A stretch of DNA of 64,000 nucleotides from a bacterium (lineage in GTDB: Bacteria > Zhuqueibacterota > Zhuqueibacteria > Residuimicrobiales > Krinioviventaceae). The DNA is taken from NCBI GenBank assembly GCA_963675755.2, contig CAXXMD010000003.1:1408001-1472000 (forward strand), read 5' to 3'. The notes under the pieces were generated by a model that searched no databases, had not been told where the DNA came from, and saw nothing but the letters and a program-made list of their open reading frames with translations. A program made the position numbers and the translations under genes. Shown piece after piece: positions 58,053-64,000 of this stretch. How positions within the stretch are numbered: the stretch's first letter is position 1; every line of letters starts with the position of its first letter.

Positions 58053-58086
58053 ACGCCCCCTGAATCTATTACAGGGGGCGTATTTG
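58053..58086 (+). terminator. Probable terminator hairpin after doxX
   Basis: ACGCCCCCTG...CAGGGGGCGT followed by ATTTG. Confidence 0.65.
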
Positions 58087-58110
58087 TTTAAACCTGTTTG
58101 GAGGGTACTG

Positions 58111-58752
58111 GTGCAATATAATAAAATTATCCAAATCGCTTTAATTTTATGTCTGTCACTTTTATGGGATCCTCACTCTTCTTTTGCCCAATACGGTCAT
58201 ACTGAACTGAAAATTCAAAACATCATGTCTCCTGTGCAGGTTACACCAAATCCACGAAAACAATTGTTATTGGACAAGCAAGATAATGTACTGCTTGCCA
58301 GCAAGATCATTGGTGTTGCTGCGGGGAGCACGCTTGGGGTGTTGAATGTTTACTGGAACGAAAATAACAAATTGAATAAAAAACTTCCCGCCTGGAAAAG
58401 TGTCTTGTACACTGTTCCGGTGTGCCTGGTGGGCTCGTATGTGGGTTATCAAACCTCCGAATGGGCGGCACAACAGTTTATGGATAAAAAACTAAACATG
58501 GGTGAGTCTCTGTTTTACGGCGTTGTTTATGGTGCAATTGACGGGGCAGCGGTTCTCTCGTCCAGTTTGTTTACTGCATTTATCATTGGCCACTATACCG
58601 ATACCATCCGTTTTAATTTTCAAAACCAGAGCTGGATGCCGGTCAAGATTTTAGGTATTTCCCTGGGTGGCGGATTGGTATATGGCAGTCTCATTGGCGG
58701 CGTTGCCGGTCTTGCAGCCGGACCGACTATTCATTTATATGTTCAGTTCTAA
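58111..58752 (+). CDS. Hypothetical glycine-rich membrane protein
   Basis: Probable GTG start after GGAGG; glycine-zipper-like hydrophobic helices. Confidence 0.6.
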   Translation: MQYNKIIQIALILCLSLLWDPHSSFAQYGHTELKIQNIMSPVQVTPNPRKQLLLDKQDNVLLASKIIGVAAGSTLGVLNVYWNENNKLNKKLPAWKSVLYTVPVCLVGSYVGYQTSEWAAQQFMDKKLNMGESLFYGVVYGAIDGAAVLSSSLFTAFIIGHYTDTIRFNFQNQSWMPVKILGISLGGGLVYGSLIGGVAGLAAGPTIHLYVQF

Positions 58753-58866
58753 ATCGGTTTGTTATCCTTACTATTTTCATAATATTATTGACTTTGATAT
58801 GCTTTTCGTTAAATTGTAATACTAGCCTGAAATCAATGTAAAAATAACTTTAGAGGATGGGAAACA

Positions 58867-59655
58867 ATGAAAAACTCGATCATTTGGATTTTATTTTCGT
58901 TTATTGTTATTACAACTTTTTCCTGCCAGAAAGCAGAAACACCGGCAGAACCGCAATGGACCAGCATTTTTAATGGCAAAGACCTGAGCGGCTGGAAAGT
59001 AAAGTTGAAAGGTTTTGAACTCGGTGTTAATGACAAGAACACCTTTCGCGTTCAAGATGGTGTGCTCAAAGTATCGTACGATCAGTATGAAACCTTTAAC
59101 GAGAATTTTGGACACATTTTTTATGACAAATACCTGAGCAATTATCGTGTACGATTTGAGTATCGTTTTGTGGGTGAGCAAACTCCCGGCGGTCCCGGAT
59201 GGGCATATCGCAACAGCGGAATCATGCTGCATGGTCAAAAACCCGAGACTATGGGTATAAATCAGAATTTTCCCGTCTCTATTGAAGCACAATTGTTAGG
59301 CGGTAACGGTACCGATGACCGCACCACTGGTAACCTCTGTACACCCGGTACCAATGTGGTACTAGGCGGCGAACTGATACTGAACCATTGTACCAATTCC
59401 AGCTCTAAAACCTATCATGGCGACCAGTGGGTTAAAATGGAATGTGAAGTACACGGAGCAGGGATCATCAAACATTATGTTAACGATGAACTGGTATTGC
59501 AATACGAACAGTCCCAATATGATCCACGGGACGAGGACGCACAAAAACTCATCACAAGCGATGATCTGTTGATCTCCGGTGGATACTTTTCGCTTCAGGC
59601 CGAGAGCCACGGTGTCGAGTTTCGTAATATCGAGATAATGATACTGGATGAATGA
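58867..59655 (+). CDS. DUF1080 (3-keto-disaccharide hydrolase/lyase-type) lipoprotein
   Basis: Lipobox 'TFSC'; 'W.SIFNGKDLSGW', 'NSGI', 'EAQLL', 'LQAESH.VEFRNI.I'. Confidence 0.92.
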   Translation: MKNSIIWILFSFIVITTFSCQKAETPAEPQWTSIFNGKDLSGWKVKLKGFELGVNDKNTFRVQDGVLKVSYDQYETFNENFGHIFYDKYLSNYRVRFEYRFVGEQTPGGPGWAYRNSGIMLHGQKPETMGINQNFPVSIEAQLLGGNGTDDRTTGNLCTPGTNVVLGGELILNHCTNSSSKTYHGDQWVKMECEVHGAGIIKHYVNDELVLQYEQSQYDPRDEDAQKLITSDDLLISGGYFSLQAESHGVEFRNIEIMILDE

Positions 59656-59687
59656 TCCCTTATCTTTACTCTATTTATTAATAAACG

Positions 59688-59716
59688 ATCGTGACAGAGT
59701 TTAACTCTGTCACGAT
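59688..59716. repeat. Family-B palindrome, copy 4
   Basis: ATCGTGACAGAGTT-T-AACTCTGTCACGAT. Confidence 0.88.
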
Positions 59717-59724
59717 TTTATTTT

Positions 59725-59756
59725 TAGCCACAGATAAACACAGATTCACGCTGATT
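59725..59756 (+). repeat. Family-A triplet repeat (solo copy)
   Basis: TA-GCCACAGATA-AACACAGATT-CACGCTGATT. Confidence 0.8.
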
Positions 59757-59807
59757 ATAGAACAATGGGTTGAATAATAATATAAACTTGATGATTTGTA
59801 ATGATCG

Positions 59808-61103
59808 GTGATATTACTATTATTCAGCTCGTACTTTAAAAAAGGGAAAGCTATTTTGAACTATAAAAAATATTTTGTTTTCATGTTTTTGCTATTTGTA
59901 CTATTGATTGATTTTACACTTGCACAGGATTTAACAGAAAAAAATCTCATTGCAGACATCCAAAACCAAATTCTGGTTCCGGGTGACTCGCATGAAGACC
60001 TCTGGCTGGGACCTTCTATAATATACAATTATAATGACCAATCACCTGAATTTCGTTTTTTTGTTAATGTAACGGATCGCCGCGGTGGAGACTCTTCACA
60101 GGAAGAGTTGTGTTTTGTGTCAAGGACCAAACCGGAAAGCACAAAAGATTTTAACAACTGGCATACCTCCTGGGAAAAAGTATCTTTCCCTGATGCGTTA
60201 AAATCCCGTTCAGATAATGAGGGATACGACTTTATTCCCAGTTTTAACTGGAAGTATCACAAAGCATCCGGTAAATGGCTGGGCATTGGTCATTTGCTTC
60301 GTCACAAAGACGGCAAGCTTTCAAAGCACCGGAAATATCTCGAGATCACCTGGTCGGTTTACGATCCCGAAACCAATGTTTTCTCTCCATGGAAATCCTT
60401 TCAGGTTGATGTAGATGGTGTGGATAAACCCTGTGTGGGTTACGGACAGCGTATAGATCTTGACAACGGGGATATCATTTTACCTCACTCGGTGATCTTG
60501 ACTCCTGAAATTGATAAACCCAAATACTGGTGCAGTTCAACATTGTTGGGCTTTGACGGAAAAGAACTGACCATTAAAAAAAGAGGTGAGGTGTTCACAC
60601 ACAATACCCATGATTATGGATTTGTGGAGCCCAGCGGGACCCGTTACAAGGGAGTAAACTATATGACGCTCCGCGCCAATGATGGCAACGCTCATGTAAG
60701 CACCAGTAAAGATGGCTTACATTGGAGTGATCCCATTCCCTGGAAATGGGATGATGGCTCTGCTATGCCCACCCGGCAAACCATGACCAAATTTGTTACC
60801 CACAATAAAGCATTGTACCTGGTTTATACCCGCATAACTCCGGACAACCAGGATGTTTTTCGCAGTCGGGCCCCGTTGTTCATGGCTCAAATTGATCCTG
60901 AAAAACTTTGTCTGATTCGTTCTACCGAACGTATAATTTTCGAGAACAATGGCTTTCCCATTGGCAATTTTAATGTATTTGATTACTCTCCGGAAGAAAC
61001 CTGGATCCGTGTTGCAGAATGGGACCGCACAGGTAAAAATGTGGACTGTAACATTCTACTGGCAAGAATAATCTGGAGTGAAAAAAACACCCTTTTGGAA
61101 TAA
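59808..61103 (+). CDS. Secreted sialidase/BNR-like beta-propeller protein
   Basis: Asp-box 'STSKDGLHW', 'GFVEPS', 'YLVYTR', 'R.RAPLFMAQIDP'. The true start may be TTG 59856. Confidence 0.7.
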   Translation: MILLLFSSYFKKGKAILNYKKYFVFMFLLFVLLIDFTLAQDLTEKNLIADIQNQILVPGDSHEDLWLGPSIIYNYNDQSPEFRFFVNVTDRRGGDSSQEELCFVSRTKPESTKDFNNWHTSWEKVSFPDALKSRSDNEGYDFIPSFNWKYHKASGKWLGIGHLLRHKDGKLSKHRKYLEITWSVYDPETNVFSPWKSFQVDVDGVDKPCVGYGQRIDLDNGDIILPHSVILTPEIDKPKYWCSSTLLGFDGKELTIKKRGEVFTHNTHDYGFVEPSGTRYKGVNYMTLRANDGNAHVSTSKDGLHWSDPIPWKWDDGSAMPTRQTMTKFVTHNKALYLVYTRITPDNQDVFRSRAPLFMAQIDPEKLCLIRSTERIIFENNGFPIGNFNVFDYSPEETWIRVAEWDRTGKNVDCNILLARIIWSEKNTLLE

Positions 61104-61133
61104 TAAAATATATACAATCCTTTTGCTTTGATG

Positions 61134-61162
61134 ATCGTGATGGAGGTAAACTCTGTCACGAT
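61134..61162. repeat. Family-B palindrome, copy 5 (likely also a terminator)
   Basis: ATCGTGATGGAG-GTAAA-CTCTGTCACGAT followed by a T-tract. Confidence 0.8.
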
Positions 61163-61243
61163 TTTTTTATATTACAACGGAAACAAATCCTTTCCTAATA
61201 TTGTTATAAACCTGGAAATAATAATCCATTGTGGGAGTAACAT

Positions 61244-62182
61244 ATGCAAGTCAGATTTCTAATATTGTTATCCTTTTCACTGCTGCTTTTTTCATGCAGT
61301 TATCAACCGGTAAAGCAAGATACTGATCCCCCGGAAGTAAAAGCCCGGGTTGATTTTAACCGGCATACTGAAGGTGAAACGTATGGCAATGCCGATGTAA
61401 AACGGGATTTTGGATCGTTAAAATCGTGGGGTACCTATTGGCCGTTTCAGCGGGCACAGATTATTCAGGATAAAGATCCTGCCAGAGATAAAGTCTTGAT
61501 GGTGAAATATCCACATCGCCAGGTTCGGTCTTTGCGCTCAGGTGCTTCATGGTTCTGGAAACCCATTGAACCCACCTATGAAGCATTCTTGAGTTATTGG
61601 GTTTATTTTCCGGATACACTCGAATTCCGTGCCGGTGGTAAATTGCATGGTCTGGTTGGCGGAAAGGCCAATACCGGTGGCAACAAACCCACGGGTACAG
61701 ATGGATGGAGCTGCCGTATGCACTGGGGACCTGAAGACCAGATCAAGCTCTATGTATATCACAAAGACCAGATAAGCAAATGGGGAGATGTTTACTATTT
61801 CCAGCACAATCCCAAACCGCATGATGTAAGTGCCGGTGTAATGCCCAAAGTGGATAAAGAAGATTATATACATTTAACCAAAGGCGAGTGGCACCATATC
61901 TCAGTAAGGGTGGTAGTAAACAATATTGGTGCAAAGAATGGTATTGCACAGGCCTGGTACGATGGCAAGCTGGTTGTAGATCTACGGGGATTCGAATTCA
62001 GAGCATCTACGGTTCCTACAGACAAGCTATTGATCGATGGTGCGTATTTTTCTACGTTTTATGGTGGGCGTGACGAGCGTTATATGCCCGTCAAAGACGA
62101 GGTGATTTTATTTGACGACTTTGTGTTATCGGAAACCCAGATATGTCCTGAAGGGTTAGAGTGTGATTTCATACCGGAATGA
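61244..62182 (+). CDS. Polysaccharide lyase (PL14-like beta-jelly-roll) lipoprotein
   Basis: Lipobox 'LFSC'; 'LSYWVYFP..EF..GGKLHGL.GG...TGG..P.G.DGWSCRMHW', 'FSTFYGG'. Confidence 0.8.
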   Translation: MQVRFLILLSFSLLLFSCSYQPVKQDTDPPEVKARVDFNRHTEGETYGNADVKRDFGSLKSWGTYWPFQRAQIIQDKDPARDKVLMVKYPHRQVRSLRSGASWFWKPIEPTYEAFLSYWVYFPDTLEFRAGGKLHGLVGGKANTGGNKPTGTDGWSCRMHWGPEDQIKLYVYHKDQISKWGDVYYFQHNPKPHDVSAGVMPKVDKEDYIHLTKGEWHHISVRVVVNNIGAKNGIAQAWYDGKLVVDLRGFEFRASTVPTDKLLIDGAYFSTFYGGRDERYMPVKDEVILFDDFVLSETQICPEGLECDFIPE

Positions 62183-62191
62183 TTTTTTTAA

Positions 62192-62222
62192 GAACGAGAC
62201 GGAGATAATCTCCGTCTCGTTC
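62192..62222. repeat. Family-B palindrome, copy 6 (compensatory variant) between convergent genes
   Basis: GAACGAGACGGAGAT-A-ATCTCCGTCTCGTTC, a perfect palindrome. Confidence 0.8.
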
Positions 62223-62238
62223 ATTATATTTATAATTA

Positions 62239-63999
62239 TTATAATCTCCACTTGATCTGTACAGCCCGCCCTTTTTCAGGTAAAACCTGTGGATAACTTT
62301 TACCTTGATAGGTTATTGTCGTTTTGCCGCCTTTTTGTGTAGGATCAGTTATCCACAAATTATTCTCATCCCAAATCATTATACAGGACTTTTCCACACA
62401 AGGGTATAATTTACTGCAAAAAGCAGGATCATACACCGCTGCCATATAAGTTCCATCAGAAAATTTGAGGATTTGGGCGGTTTCATCGTTTTGCAGCACT
62501 TGCCAGTCCGGCTTAGTTATCCACATTTTCATAGACGCTACATCTGTATTGGGGATAACTATATATCCTGATGCCTGAGGATTATCACCATGTAAAAGCT
62601 GCAGTTTAAACACATCTCCCGTGACTTTGGTAGAATCATACTGGATATTGATTCTACCCCAAGATCCGTCTACCTCGCCCGCGTGAATTGACAAATTTCC
62701 ATTAACTGGAATATAACCAATGCCATTATGCAGCACACAATCCATTTGTTCAACGATTATTTCAGAATTGACCGGTCGGTTTATTTTCCCATTTACTGCA
62801 TATACCAAATCGTCTTTGAGCCAGTTTTGTTCAAGGGTAGTAACCGGATTGGATAAATTATCTGCTTTTAGACCGCCAAGTAAACAAATCATTTTTCCAT
62901 CATGAAAAGCCCATAATTTATTAACAGACAATTCTCCGTTTTTACCTTTACGCAGGTACTGCATTGCAGTTACCCCGTCTTTTTCTCTACCAACACCTCC
63001 GCAAAAATCTGTTTGTATTTGCTTTGTACTGTCATCCACTACTGTTAATCCGGGTAAATGCTGCCAATCCCAAAGGGGTTGAATGTTACTATACTCTTTA
63101 CCGGACTGTAAAACATAATGGTCCCCGCAATTCAGATAGGGTTTGCCCAAAAGATTTTCACTGTTGGTAGTCTCGGTTAAAAGTGTGCGGGTAGAAACGG
63201 TTTTTAAAAATATACTACTCTTTGGTAAATGATAAACACTAAAATCCGCATCCGGAAAATGCTTATATCCGTATACTGCAGGAATACAGGTTTTACACGC
63301 GGTAATCAGTCTATCCAATTCTGTTTCATTTTTAGAATCTACTATTTTCCACATTTCCACTAAATTTAAAAAATAGGGTACGTGCAAACTGCCTTTCCGG
63401 CTTGCAGCCCGGTCCATAGTAGATGGGACCGTATCTAATCCCCGGCACATCCATTGCACTCCATTCAATATATAATTTGTAATGATCTGCTTTTTATCGT
63501 CCGGTATATCCCAGTCTGTTCCCTGTACCTGCCAGCCAAGTTTAACAATAACATCCAAATATGAAAATCCGTAATGAAATGTCTGTAAACGTTCATGATG
63601 CTGAAAAAAGCTCCAATCCTGTTGAATCCCTTCCGGCTTTGTATTCACTATTTCTCCCTCGATAGTAGAAAGTGCGAATTTTATCTGTTCTTCATTATTT
63701 GTCATACAGCCATGATGCAATGCCAGTTCAGAACTCCATATCAGGTTAGCTCCAGTCTTGTATATTTTCAGTTGATTCAGTACTTCCAGACATGCTTTAC
63801 GTTGCTCCCCTTTTAGGTCATCACCCAAAAAGATCACAATATCCCGCATGTTACGTGGAACACCGATCCGGTTGTGCCACCAGTTCTCGCATTGGTAACG
63901 TTGATCCGTCCAGTGCTTCAAGGCCAGCAACATCTTTTCAAGATATTCCTGGCGTTTTTCCTCAGGTAAACTGTTTTTTGCAAATGCTAAAGAGGTAAG
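62239..63999 (-). CDS. Polysaccharide lyase family 8 (chondroitin/hyaluronate/xanthan lyase-like), 5'-truncated by the window
   Basis: 'NWWHNRIGVP', 'TGANL', 'EGIQQDWSFFQH', 'HYG..Y', 'WDWQHLPG.T'; frame open to the window end. Confidence 0.88.
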   Translation of the reverse strand, partial: LTSLAFAKNSLPEEKRQEYLEKMLLALKHWTDQRYQCENWWHNRIGVPRNMRDIVIFLGDDLKGEQRKACLEVLNQLKIYKTGANLIWSSELALHHGCMTNNEEQIKFALSTIEGEIVNTKPEGIQQDWSFFQHHERLQTFHYGFSYLDVIVKLGWQVQGTDWDIPDDKKQIITNYILNGVQWMCRGLDTVPSTMDRAASRKGSLHVPYFLNLVEMWKIVDSKNETELDRLITACKTCIPAVYGYKHFPDADFSVYHLPKSSIFLKTVSTRTLLTETTNSENLLGKPYLNCGDHYVLQSGKEYSNIQPLWDWQHLPGLTVVDDSTKQIQTDFCGGVGREKDGVTAMQYLRKGKNGELSVNKLWAFHDGKMICLLGGLKADNLSNPVTTLEQNWLKDDLVYAVNGKINRPVNSEIIVEQMDCVLHNGIGYIPVNGNLSIHAGEVDGSWGRINIQYDSTKVTGDVFKLQLLHGDNPQASGYIVIPNTDVASMKMWITKPDWQVLQNDETAQILKFSDGTYMAAVYDPAFCSKLYPCVEKSCIMIWDENNLWITDPTQKGGKTTITYQGKSYPQVLPEKGRAVQIKWRL

Positions 64000-64000
64000 C

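Overview
A gene-dense, mostly chromosomal 64 kb bacterial segment with about 50 CDSs. The five FlgD/T9SS-like C-terminal sorting domains, a PorV-like barrel and a bacillithiol operon suggest an FCB-superphylum organism such as KSB1 or Calditrichota; this taxonomy is inference. I saw no rRNA, tRNA, CRISPR array, prophage or intact transposase. Content: secreted CTD-tagged proteins; many carbohydrate-active genes (two GH2, GH13, PL8, PL14-like, sialidase-like, DUF1080, an SSS transporter, nagB, LacI); housekeeping enzymes (aspA, ldh, lnt, TrmH-type and Sua5/YciO-type). Main highlights: (1) a GxxExxY (PD-(D/E)XK-like) gene bracketed by 10-bp-period triplet repeats that are also dispersed through the window as solo copies and REPIN-like doublets, alongside at least three other palindromic repeat families, including two 222-bp direct repeats that flank an AT-rich gene; (2) a type-B-like CTD adhesin followed by a PorV-like barrel fused to CARDB and two OmpA domains; (3) a secreted agmatine/peptidylarginine deiminase-parvulin fusion beside a sensor-less sigma-54 activator; (4) selD with an in-frame UGA (selenocysteine) that the ORF track missed; (5) a methyltransferase-bshC-bshB1 operon (candidate N-methyl-bacillithiol pathway); (6) an operon of a cytoplasmic exo-beta-glucosaminidase, a BtrR/RifK-like aminotransferase and a dehydrogenase.
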